A stretch of 20,000 bases of DNA. Origin: an uncultured virus (IMG/VR IMGVR_UViG_2859243816_000004) (taxonomy: Duplodnaviria > Heunggongvirae > Uroviricota > Caudoviricetes). The DNA lies in IMG/VR virus record IMGVR_UViG_2859243816_000004, positions 52,940-72,939 of that record; one strand, 5' to 3'. The position numbers were made by a program, and so were the translations under genes. Each line of letters starts with the position of its first letter. Positions within the stretch are counted from its first letter, which is position 1. Below the pieces are notes generated by a model. It saw nothing but the letters and a program-made list of their open reading frames with translations, did not search any database and was not told the origin of the DNA. Positions 1 to 7,625 of the stretch are shown one piece after another.

Positions 1-497
1 TAGGTCGCGGCTCCAAGGTAATACGGGCCACTGGTTTGCAGATTGATAGACATGCCGATCAGATGGCGGCTGCACGGTTTTGCATCGCTAATCAGGCGCT
101 CAAGCTCCAGATAGGTTTCCTCTGTGATCCCCTGGTCCTGCACACCAATATCCAGCCGGAACGTGCCCGGCTGCTCACCGTTTTGCCACCACTCAATAAT
201 GCGGATAAGAAATCCAAACGGCTCAACCACGCGACGAACGGCGCTGATCGTCCCTTTGTGCTGATGAATAAAGAAAGCATCCTGCACTACCCGCCGTTTT
301 GTACTTTCGGCCCAGCTTTCGTCCCAGCGGTCCACTGAAAAAGCCCAGGCCAGATAAGGCAGAAAGCGGACCGGACACGTTGCCGGGTTCCACAGGTCAC
401 GCAGTGGAACCTGCAGATCAGAAACGCCGCTGCAGGTGAGTGCTAATCGACGCTCAAGCGCAGATGAGCCAGGCGGCAAAAGCGTGTTGTTACTCAT
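1..497 (-). CDS. I: Phage tail/baseplate protein I (3' end runs off window)
   Basis: Not in ORF track; translated by hand from ATG at 497: MSNNTLLPPGSSALERRLALTCSGVSDLQVPLRDLWNPATCPVRFLPYLAWAFSVDRWDESW...HKGT. Open to position 1. Typical P2 gpI motifs; overlaps the J stop. Confidence 0.95.
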   Translation of the reverse strand, partial: MSNNTLLPPGSSALERRLALTCSGVSDLQVPLRDLWNPATCPVRFLPYLAWAFSVDRWDESWAESTKRRVVQDAFFIHQHKGTISAVRRVVEPFGFLIRIIEWWQNGEQPGTFRLDIGVQDQGITEETYLELERLISDAKPCSRHLIGMSINLQTSGPYYLGAAT

Positions 498-1407
498 TTC
501 CGGCGCCCTCACTCGCCACCGATACATCACACCCATCACAAAAACCGGATGCCGTGCGGTCCATGATGATATCGGCGGCAGGCTCAATCATTTCTACCCA
601 ATCCACCCCGGCAACACGTAACACCGCGCCATAAGATTCACTTCGCACGCTTCGGCCCAGGCGCTTTTGCTCAACCAGGTATGCGGCTAAATTTGCATTC
701 GCCGCCTCAAGGCATGGCCCCGCAATGACACCATCAAATAGATGTAGTTTTGCTTTAACGCTGTAGTGGTGGATCGCGGCAGACTGCACCGTGACACGGT
801 CCGCAATGGGCCTTTTATCTTCCCCGTTTACCGCCAGCGCCACCGCGCCCAGCAGCTCCTCGGATGCGGTCCCATTCCCGTCATGACTCAGAACGGTAAG
901 CACCACCTCCGCCGGGGCCGGGCTGGTTGCACTGGCATCAGCCACGCGCCCATCAGCACTTTTGGCGTGAAACTCATACGCCGCAGATGGCCCTGCAACG
1001 GATAGCCCTTCAAAGGCTTCCGGCACGCGCTGGCGTAATGCATCATCACTTTCCATCACAGCGGCGACCGGCGGCACAGCGTCATCATCTGCTGGCGTTA
1101 CCTTCAGACGTTTTACGTTGTTGTTTCCCGCGAGCTGATCCAGATCGGTACCAATGGCATAAGCCGCCATGACAGCCTGCGCAGCTTCATTGATACGCTG
1201 ACGCAGCAAAATTTCACGGTAGGTACTTTCCTGCAGTAGTTTCACTATTGGTTCAGACTCCATCGCCAGCGTGCGCAAAATAGCCTCCTGCTCATCTGCA
1301 GGGTACAACGCGACAAAATATGCCTTACGTTCCGCCAGTAGCGCTTCAAAATCCGGCACATCCACAATCTGCGGCGGCGGCAACTGGGAAAGGTCAATTA
1401 CTGCCAT
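490..1407 (-). CDS. J: Baseplate assembly protein J
   Basis: MAVIDLSQLPPPQIVDVPDFE...FEGLSVAGP is P2 gpJ-like; start moved to ATG 1407, overlapping the W end. Confidence 0.95.
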   Translation of the reverse strand: MAVIDLSQLPPPQIVDVPDFEALLAERKAYFVALYPADEQEAILRTLAMESEPIVKLLQESTYREILLRQRINEAAQAVMAAYAIGTDLDQLAGNNNVKRLKVTPADDDAVPPVAAVMESDDALRQRVPEAFEGLSVAGPSAAYEFHAKSADGRVADASATSPAPAEVVLTVLSHDGNGTASEELLGAVALAVNGEDKRPIADRVTVQSAAIHHYSVKAKLHLFDGVIAGPCLEAANANLAAYLVEQKRLGRSVRSESYGAVLRVAGVDWVEMIEPAADIIMDRTASGFCDGCDVSVASEGAGNE

Positions 1408-1753
1408 TTTCGGCTCCTGTCGAAATGGAAAGAGAGACTGCGGCGCCATCGTTGCGCTGCCCGGAAAGCTCCACCACCATCGAGCCATCAAAATTTGTGC
1501 TGATAGAAATGGCATCCAGCGTCAGGCGAGGTTCCCAGCGGCTCAGCGCCACATAAACGGCAGACATGACCTGCAGGCGAAGCGCCGGGTTCTGAGGCTG
1601 ATCGATAAGCTCAGAAAGCAGCGAGCCATATTCCCTGCGGGCAATCCGGCTGCCTTGTGGCGTCAGCAAAATATCCCTCACCGATTGCCGCAAATGGTCC
1701 GTATCCGTGATCGCTTTGCCGTTGGCCTGACTCATGCCCAGATACATCGTCAT
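1394..1753 (-). CDS. W: Baseplate wedge protein W (gp25-like)
   Basis: DHLRQSVRDILLTPQGSRIARREYGS and RWEPRL motifs; lies between V and J. Confidence 0.95.
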   Translation of the reverse strand: MTMYLGMSQANGKAITDTDHLRQSVRDILLTPQGSRIARREYGSLLSELIDQPQNPALRLQVMSAVYVALSRWEPRLTLDAISISTNFDGSMVVELSGQRNDGAAVSLSISTGAENGSN

Positions 1754-2328
1754 ACCGGCCCCCCTGATGTGTCATTGCCAGCTTTCACGCCATCATGACC
1801 GTGCTTATCCGCCACAATGCCGTTTGAACTCATCGGCCCGCCGCCCTGGGTAACACTGCCGTTAATCACCACATCACTGTTAATCCGCGTATTGTCCGCC
1901 TCCACCACAAACTCACTGGTTTTAAAAGTGACGTTATCAGCAGCTTCGATCACCATGGATTTGATGCCCCGCACGTACCAGCGCCCCGTGGCGGGTTCAT
2001 ACTCAAACCATCCACCATCGTCATATTTGGTCACGCTGCCGTCCTCAGAATTAGACGGCGGCGGGTACTGATTGGAATAGACGGCAGGCAACGCAAAGGC
2101 GGTTTCAAGATTGCCGCCCAGACTCAGCAGCACAACCTGCTCGCCCACTGACGGTTTCCACCACGTACGCGATTTACCGGCGCGGCAGGTCAGCCAGTTA
2201 ATCCAGTTGGTTTCGAGGTCGCCTGTTTTCACCCGGCATAGCCAGTTCTTCCGGTCCACATCGATCACCGTACCGGTGCGGATCAGATTGGTGATAAGGC
2301 GCATGATTTCGGTTAGTTGTGCGTTCAT
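1750..2328 (-). CDS. V: Baseplate spike protein V
   Basis: MNAQLTEIMRLITNLIRTG, WWKPSVGEQV and C-terminal HxH (KHGHDGV); start moved to ATG 2328. Confidence 0.95.
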   Translation of the reverse strand: MNAQLTEIMRLITNLIRTGTVIDVDRKNWLCRVKTGDLETNWINWLTCRAGKSRTWWKPSVGEQVVLLSLGGNLETAFALPAVYSNQYPPPSNSEDGSVTKYDDGGWFEYEPATGRWYVRGIKSMVIEAADNVTFKTSEFVVEADNTRINSDVVINGSVTQGGGPMSSNGIVADKHGHDGVKAGNDTSGGPV

Positions 2329-2375
2329 ATAGAAAATGATGTCATGAGTAAATTTCTGAGGTAATCTGAATAGTA

Positions 2376-2393
2376 TGTACAATCGACCACACA
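2376..2393. promoter_or_regulatory. Ogr-family late-activator site (TGT-N12-ACA) of the V promoter
   Basis: TGTacaatcgaccacACA at 2376-2393, centred about 56 bp upstream of the V ATG; minus-strand extended -10-like TGaCATCAT at 2344-2336. Confidence 0.8.
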
Positions 2394-2405
2394 AATTAGC
2401 TCGCC

Positions 2406-2966
2406 ATGACACCTACATCAGTAATAACTTTTTTATTAATCGCAGCAGTTGTGATTGCGTTTTTTGGAAAGGAACAGTTTAAAAAGGACGTTATGAACAT
2501 CTTCAGATATAAGATAGATGACATCGAAGACATTGAAGATGAAAATAAATCCGAAACTGAAAAATCTGCAGATAGAATTCAGTTTTTTTGCCAACGACTT
2601 ATATTTGTCGGTTTAACAGGGTTCCTTTTATTCAAAGGCACAGTTGAATTAGTAGATACATTCTGGCCAATTGATATATCATCACAACCGTTCTTTGCTC
2701 ATATACGACAAATAAAAACCCTAAGTTATGTTGCCAAAGCACTGGCTGTATCATGTGGGTTCCAACTTGCATTTATGCTGATAACAAAAGGTCCTGACGA
2801 AGCAGTCGAGCCTATAATGCTGGGCATAGCTTCCGTAATACTCCTTATGCTTTCAGTTATAGATCCAGACAAATGGACAATACATCATTCAATCTCCGTA
2901 GCATTGTTAATAATGTGTATCGCTGGATTATTCTTCTTATCCAAAAAACTTAAAAATAACAAATGA
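2406..2966 (+). CDS. Cargo (moron) gene: uncharacterised multi-pass membrane protein
   Basis: 186-aa ORF, visibly AT-rich, opposite in orientation to the flanking late genes, about 5 hydrophobic segments. Alternative start ATG 2493 follows AAGGA. Confidence 0.8.
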   Translation: MTPTSVITFLLIAAVVIAFFGKEQFKKDVMNIFRYKIDDIEDIEDENKSETEKSADRIQFFCQRLIFVGLTGFLLFKGTVELVDTFWPIDISSQPFFAHIRQIKTLSYVAKALAVSCGFQLAFMLITKGPDEAVEPIMLGIASVILLMLSVIDPDKWTIHHSISVALLIMCIAGLFFLSKKLKNNK

Positions 2967-2985
2967 TTAAATTGGATTATCACAT

Positions 2986-3432
2986 TCAATAATTTATAAA
3001 ACGTAACAGCACATCGCGAATCAATAAGCGAGAATTATCACTGAATCCGAGTAATTGACGTTTAGTGTATCGGATCTCCGGCCCCTTACGACTGACTCGA
3101 TCACGCAGGCCGTAATGATGTACACGAGCAATGCGCTGCACCCTCCCCTCAAACTGCACACTGGCAGAGTCTGCGCTGGCGGTGGCTTTCAGGTATCTTG
3201 CGGTACGCAGCTTAGAAAACATCTGCCGCTTGATGCGCCCCTGCTTCGTGCGTGCCGTGACGCGGCGCGGCTCGTATCCGCTACCGTCCGGGTTGCGCTG
3301 CAGCCTGATGTTTTGTTGTTGCGTCCGGCGCAGCTGCTGCGCCAGCTCGCGCAGCATTCGCTTCCGTTCTGCCGGGGCAAGGCTCGCCAGCAGCGCCGTC
3401 AGCCACGCATCAACCTGCTGCAGCTCATCCAC
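2986..3432 (-). CDS. S: Tail completion / virion morphogenesis protein S
   Basis: QRNPDGSGYEPR, MFSKLRTARYL and RIARVHHYGLRD are P2 gpS motifs. Confidence 0.95.
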   Translation of the reverse strand: MDELQQVDAWLTALLASLAPAERKRMLRELAQQLRRTQQQNIRLQRNPDGSGYEPRRVTARTKQGRIKRQMFSKLRTARYLKATASADSASVQFEGRVQRIARVHHYGLRDRVSRKGPEIRYTKRQLLGFSDNSRLLIRDVLLRFINY

Positions 3433-3859
3433 GTTTCACCGTCCACATAGCATCATCAGGGTTTTCCGGCTCCGGCACGGCTTCCACGCTCGACACACCG
3501 CCATCAGTGCTGACCACAACACGCTCCGTCAGTTGCAGGTCTATGCTGATATCGCAAATATCATTGCGCAGGATATCCACTTCAAAGCTGAACAGTTTTT
3601 CCCGCAGATCCGGGTTATTGATGGCATCAGGCTGGTTAACACTCAGCCACTGGAGGATCGGCGCCATCAGTAAATTCTGATCGCCACTAAAATCGACAAT
3701 CACCACGTTCAGGGTGTACCGGTATTCCCATGAAATAGACGGCGCGCCGGTCGCCACTACTGCGCCTTTGTCCACGAACATATGCAGCTTGTCCGGGTTC
3801 TCCCGGACGTACTGCACCGCCTTATTGAGCGCGTGGCGTAAAGATTGAGGCTTGTTCAC
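3425..3859 (-). CDS. R: Tail completion protein R
   Basis: GTG start at 3859 after GGAG: (M)NKPQSLRHAL...NPDKLH...EYRYTLNV...LTERV, P2 gpR-like. Confidence 0.93.
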   Translation of the reverse strand: MNKPQSLRHALNKAVQYVRENPDKLHMFVDKGAVVATGAPSISWEYRYTLNVVIVDFSGDQNLLMAPILQWLSVNQPDAINNPDLREKLFSFEVDILRNDICDISIDLQLTERVVVSTDGGVSSVEAVPEPENPDDAMWTVKRG

Positions 3860-4112
3860 TGTTTCGCTCCTGGCAGGCAATAATCACATCCACCTTATCG
3901 GCGCAGATGGCCCATGCAGCCTCGGCTTCATCAGCCGCCTTAAGCAGATCGCCGTTAGTCCTGGCTGATGACTTTTGCAGGCGGCACTGCGTTATTTTCG
4001 GACAGCCATTCACGGTAAGCTGCACCTCCGGCGATCGCTGGGCGGTCACGCAACCTGATAACGTCAGGAGGCAAAGGAGTATCAGACCAGCGCCGCAAAT
4101 CATCGTTTTCAC
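3822..4112 (-). CDS. lysC: Outer-membrane spanin (Rz1-like lipoprotein) LysC
   Basis: GTG start at 4112, 8 nt after GAGGA; lipobox LSGC; TNGDL...EAAWAICADKVD; overlaps the lysB 3' end in another frame. Confidence 0.9.
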   Translation of the reverse strand: MKTMICGAGLILLCLLTLSGCVTAQRSPEVQLTVNGCPKITQCRLQKSSARTNGDLLKAADEAEAAWAICADKVDVIIACQERNSEQASIFTPRAQ

Positions 4113-4380
4113 GTTTAAGTTCCTCAATACGCCGTTGGCGCTGGCGCAGCAGCGCGGTGGATTCTTCCGCCGCCGCATAAAGCCGCGCCTGCTCCCGGTT
4201 GTTGGTTTCGGTCAGAACAGACAGCGCGATCAGCTGACTGCTGGCGCGGGCCTGTTTTTCCTTGCTGGCTTCCAGATCACGTCCCTGCAGCTCAATCGTC
4301 TGCCGGGCCTTGTTCAACTGCCACGTTTGCCAGCCCAGCAAAGCCAGAACCAGCGCTATCACCGCCGCCAGTATGCGCAT
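3955..4380 (-). CDS. lysB: Inner-membrane spanin (Rz-like) LysB
   Basis: N-terminal TM segment, coiled coil, and ENDDLRRWSDTPLPPDVIRLR motif. Confidence 0.93.
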   Translation of the reverse strand: MRILAAVIALVLALLGWQTWQLNKARQTIELQGRDLEASKEKQARASSQLIALSVLTETNNREQARLYAAAEESTALLRQRQRRIEELKRENDDLRRWSDTPLPPDVIRLRDRPAIAGGAAYREWLSENNAVPPAKVISQD

Positions 4381-4406
4381 CAGGCCACCGCTATTTTATT
4401 TTTCAT
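4380..4406 (-). pseudogene. 8-codon minigene MKNKIAVA in the lysA slot (probable internal-deletion remnant)
   Basis: ATG 4406-4404 overlaps the endolysin stop (ATGA), AAGGAG lies 7 nt upstream, and its TGA overlaps the lysB start (TGATG). Confidence 0.6.
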
Positions 4407-4918
4407 TCCGTTGCTCCTTTTAAGCACCAGGACAGCTCCCGCGCGCGGCGGTTATCCAGCCCCTGATTAAATACACCGTTGACATACACCCAGCGCGGCA
4501 GCTGATAGCACGCATCCCGCCAGCGCTTCTGATTAATAAACTTCACCATGGTGGAACTGCAGGTATTGCCGGTCCCAACGTTAAAGGCCAGAGAAACCAG
4601 CGCGTCATAGACAAACTGCGGAACATCCACCAGGACACAGCGTGCCAGCGCGGTTTCAACCCTCAGCACGTTGGTGATGAAGTTTCCCGCCGCCTGCCGT
4701 TCTGTAATGGTCCTGCCCGGCTTCACGCCTGACGTGTTGCCGATGCCGTCAGTCCACACCCCCGCATCACACTGATAAGGCTGCAGGCGGCATCCCTCGT
4801 AATCCGCAATCAGCTTTAATCCTTCCACTGATGTGTGGAGTTGCTGAAAACCCGGCAGCGTGGCAGCAATCGCCAGCACCACACCGATAACGCAGTTTTT
4901 AACGGCCCGCAGACTCAT
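4403..4918 (-). CDS. SAR endolysin, GH24 lysozyme (P1 Lyz-like)
   Basis: Start ATG 4918; weakly hydrophobic N-terminus KNCVIGVVLAIAATL; catalytic E-x8-C-x5-T (EGCRLQPYQCDAGVWT); DALVSLAFNVG; GLDNRRARE. Confidence 0.93.
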   Translation of the reverse strand: MSLRAVKNCVIGVVLAIAATLPGFQQLHTSVEGLKLIADYEGCRLQPYQCDAGVWTDGIGNTSGVKPGRTITERQAAGNFITNVLRVETALARCVLVDVPQFVYDALVSLAFNVGTGNTCSSTMVKFINQKRWRDACYQLPRWVYVNGVFNQGLDNRRARELSWCLKGATE

Positions 4919-5114
4919 ATTCACCCCGGCTGATTTTCCCGCTGGCAAGCAGCTGATAGGTCTTGTGCCGGTAGTACCAGCTGACCAGAAACATGCACAA
5001 ACCCAGCACCATTCCGGTGATGGTCGCTGCAGCCTGCAGATCAAAGTTCCCAAGCTTCGCCATGAATAAGGCGATGCAGTACGTAACAAAGGCGCTGATT
5101 CGTTCAAGCGTCAT
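4899..5114 (-). CDS. Holin (small 2-TM, HP1-family-like)
   Basis: 71 aa with two hydrophobic segments and WYYRHK; lies between X and the endolysin. Confidence 0.85.
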   Translation of the reverse strand: MTLERISAFVTYCIALFMAKLGNFDLQAAATITGMVLGLCMFLVSWYYRHKTYQLLASGKISRGEYESAGR

Positions 5115-5117
5115 AGT

Positions 5118-5321
5118 TCAGTCCCATAGCTGGACGGTCTGCACCGTGGTCGTGGTGGCAATATCCGGCAGCTCCACCTGCAGGCCGTGTGGTAAAAATG
5201 GGCCATATTCAGCCAGCCCCGGATTTGCCTGCAGTACCTGTTCAGTGACGCCCTGCGTGCGTCCGTAATGACGCCAGCAAAGCGCGTCCACCGTGTCATT
5301 CTGGTACGCACGCACTTTCAT
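5118..5321 (-). CDS. X: Tail protein X
   Basis: MKVRAYQNDTVDALCWRHYGRTQGVTEQVLQANPGLAE...VQLWD; ATG 5321 overlaps the L stop. Confidence 0.95.
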   Translation of the reverse strand: MKVRAYQNDTVDALCWRHYGRTQGVTEQVLQANPGLAEYGPFLPHGLQVELPDIATTTTVQTVQLWD

Positions 5322-5785
5322 CAGATCAGCTCCACCGTGCAGTGCAGTGCATCCTGTACCCGGCTGATAGCCCAGCGGGCATCCCGCCACAGGTCGCCGC
5401 TGGCCTCCGCCAGCTCCTCCCCTCGTTTCACGCCGGACGCCGTAGCGTCATAGTCCTGATAACGCTCATTGACCTGCGCACGCGCCCAGCAAAAAACAGC
5501 ATTGTGATAGTGGTGGATACGCTCGCTTTTACCGTCCAGCTGCTCCGCAGGCACATCTGCCAGCGTCATAAACCCCAGCATCTGCTGGCGCTGGCGGAAG
5601 GTGTAAAGCTCTGCGTTAACCTCTGACATAGCAGAAAGGATCAACTGCTTTAAACGTGGTGCCGTCACCGTGCCGTCCGTTCGCATCACGCTGCGAAACT
5701 CCGACAAATCAACATCAGGCCAGAACGGCGTATTTTTGATGACTTCGGCCTGTTCCGGTGCCTGTTCGGGCGCAACAAACTTCAT
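5321..5785 (-). CDS. L: Head completion/stabilization protein L
   Basis: IKNTPFWPDVDL...DGTVT..RL, ERYQDYDATASG and C-terminal VELI. Confidence 0.95.
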   Translation of the reverse strand: MKFVAPEQAPEQAEVIKNTPFWPDVDLSEFRSVMRTDGTVTAPRLKQLILSAMSEVNAELYTFRQRQQMLGFMTLADVPAEQLDGKSERIHHYHNAVFCWARAQVNERYQDYDATASGVKRGEELAEASGDLWRDARWAISRVQDALHCTVELI

Positions 5786-5805
5786 GCGGCTTTCTCCAGA
5801 TTAGA

Positions 5806-5873
5806 GGGCGGTGGACGGGGTTTTGATGTGGCGTTGCCTTTCGCCACCCCGTGCCGCCCGTGCGCGGGGCACG
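5806..5873 (-). other. GC-rich stem-loop in the M-L intergenic region
   Basis: On the mRNA: GGGCGG/CCGCCC outer stem, ACGGGG/CCCCGU stem, UGGCG/CGCCA inner stem; adjacent CGUGC/GCACG hairpin. Confidence 0.65.
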
Positions 5874-5878
5874 TTCGG

Positions 5879-6529
5879 TCAGCTACCGGCGGCGCGCAAA
5901 CGGCGCTCCAGTTGCTGTTTATCTTTCTTCACGCCACAGTGGTTATCGAGCTGCAGCGCATGGTTGAGGTGGTTAAGCGCTGATGCGGGGCTGGATTCAG
6001 CCAGCACAAGGCCGATTGCTTTATGCAGTCGCGCCCGTGACTGATCCGGCATATCGTGATCGGCGGTAAGGTCCAGAGTCTGCAGAAGCGGCTCAGCGTC
6101 AAAGCCCGTTGCGGCAATCAGGGCGCTTTGCGCCGCGTCTGCAATTTCTTCCGCCAGCACCGTCTGCACGTTCCGATTGCCAATTGGCATCACCCAGCCC
6201 TGACGCAGTGCATGACGCCCGATTTCCAGCGCTCCGGCATAATCACCGGCATCAATACGCCAGAGCATCACGAACATCAGCACATCGTCCTGCTGCGTAC
6301 CTCCGGCAGCCAGCACCCCCTCCGCCCAGGCGGCATACTTAGGCAGCAGCTCAACTTTGATTTGCGCCTTTGTTACCGTGGACTGAATGCCTTTAAGGCG
6401 GCGGCGGTCCTCCGCCAGCTGCAGCAGCATCAGGTCATAACCTGACGCGTGGCGAACACTGCCGCCCTGCCGGGCGGCCTGTTCAGCCTGAACGCGCAGG
6501 CGGTGCTGCCTTGCGGGACTCAGGCTCAT
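5879..6529 (-). CDS. M: Terminase small (endonuclease) subunit M
   Basis: MSLSPARQH..., LKGIQS..K...K.ELLPKY..W.EG, QDDVLM.VMLWRIDAGD, RARLHKAIG and GVKKD motifs. Confidence 0.95.
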   Translation of the reverse strand: MSLSPARQHRLRVQAEQAARQGGSVRHASGYDLMLLQLAEDRRRLKGIQSTVTKAQIKVELLPKYAAWAEGVLAAGGTQQDDVLMFVMLWRIDAGDYAGALEIGRHALRQGWVMPIGNRNVQTVLAEEIADAAQSALIAATGFDAEPLLQTLDLTADHDMPDQSRARLHKAIGLVLAESSPASALNHLNHALQLDNHCGVKKDKQQLERRLRAAGS

Positions 6530-6532
6530 GCA

Positions 6533-7609
6533 TTACTCCCCGGCATCTGGTGCTGGAGTACTGAAATCACCGTACTCGATATTTTCAACCAGGGCCGCGC
6601 AACGGTAGTCCTCCACCACAAACGCCTCATTGACCGATTCAAAGTTTTCAATGCGATCGCGTTTCGGGTTATCAATGACAGAACGGCGGCGGGTATCTGC
6701 CTGCCAGTAAATGGACAGGTTATCCAGACGAGTGATCAGCAGGGCATTTGCCGGGAAGAACGGCGCGCGGACCGCCTGCAGGCCACCCATGCGTTTTTGG
6801 CTGATAATGAGATCGGCAGCCAGCTTTTCACTGTTTTCCTGGTCTTTGTTGACGAGAGGGAAATACTTGTCGGACAACAGCTCACGCCCACAGATCACCA
6901 CCAGTTCATCATCGTCCTGGTACACCACATCGATCAGCTCGTTGACGGCATCCATCACCACGGCGTCCAGATTTTCGTAGCCTTTTTCATCCAGCCCCGA
7001 CGCGCCTTTACCCACTTTCACCGTGCCTTTAGTGGTTACGCCGTCTTTCGTGGTGCTGCCCATAACGTGATCCGGTGCATCTTCACGGATTTTCTGCAGC
7101 CAGCCTTTGTTCACATCCTGCAGCAGAGGGTTAGCGGAACGGTCAGAGGTTTTGGCGCGGGTCACGCCGTTAAAGCCAATCATGATGCGGTCCAGCGCCT
7201 GACGCTTGATGATGGCGTTACGCACGCGCACCTGGAAGTCCTGGAACTTCGCCCACAGGTCCAGCTTCGCGTAGGTCAGCACCGTGTCATAGTTGGTCTG
7301 TTCACATTTGTATTCCACATCCACCATCACCATCGGATCGGTAGGCTCACGGTCCTGTTTGGTGGTGTCGGTGGTTCCGGCAACGGTGCTGCCTACGCCC
7401 AGCCCCAAAAGTTGCCCGGACTGCTCATCAACCGGCGAGACGTTAATCAGCGTCAGGAATGCAGCGGACTGCTGGATCTCATCCTCCAGCGTCTGCTGTA
7501 CGGACGGCTCAACGGTGAACTTGCTGGAAAGCTCCTCCACCTCCACACCGTTCAGGCGGGCCAGCTGCTGCAGGTAGGCATTGAATGCAAATTTAGTTTT
7601 CTGTTTCAT
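6533..7609 (-). CDS. N: Major capsid protein N
   Basis: KFTVEPSVQQTLE, ALDRIMIGFNG, NPLLQDVNKGWLQK and LDNLSIYWQ motifs. Confidence 0.97.
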   Translation of the reverse strand: MKQKTKFAFNAYLQQLARLNGVEVEELSSKFTVEPSVQQTLEDEIQQSAAFLTLINVSPVDEQSGQLLGLGVGSTVAGTTDTTKQDREPTDPMVMVDVEYKCEQTNYDTVLTYAKLDLWAKFQDFQVRVRNAIIKRQALDRIMIGFNGVTRAKTSDRSANPLLQDVNKGWLQKIREDAPDHVMGSTTKDGVTTKGTVKVGKGASGLDEKGYENLDAVVMDAVNELIDVVYQDDDELVVICGRELLSDKYFPLVNKDQENSEKLAADLIISQKRMGGLQAVRAPFFPANALLITRLDNLSIYWQADTRRRSVIDNPKRDRIENFESVNEAFVVEDYRCAALVENIEYGDFSTPAPDAGE

Positions 7610-7625
7610 CGGGTTTTATGCTCCA

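Noticed and set aside
1408..1515. N-terminal extensions in the ORF track for J (also V, endolysin, X, O, dam, tum)
   Set aside because: They overlap upstream genes or promoters; family N-termini and RBS or overlap patterns support the shorter starts.
1271..1798. 175-aa plus-strand ORF and similar ones at 3131-3673, 3907-4470 and 7800-8306
   Set aside because: They lie fully opposite well-supported structural genes and have no protein-like features.
2517..2543. Short degenerate repeat gacatcgaa/gacattgaa
   Set aside because: Only two copies, encoding the acidic DIEDIED linker; not an array.
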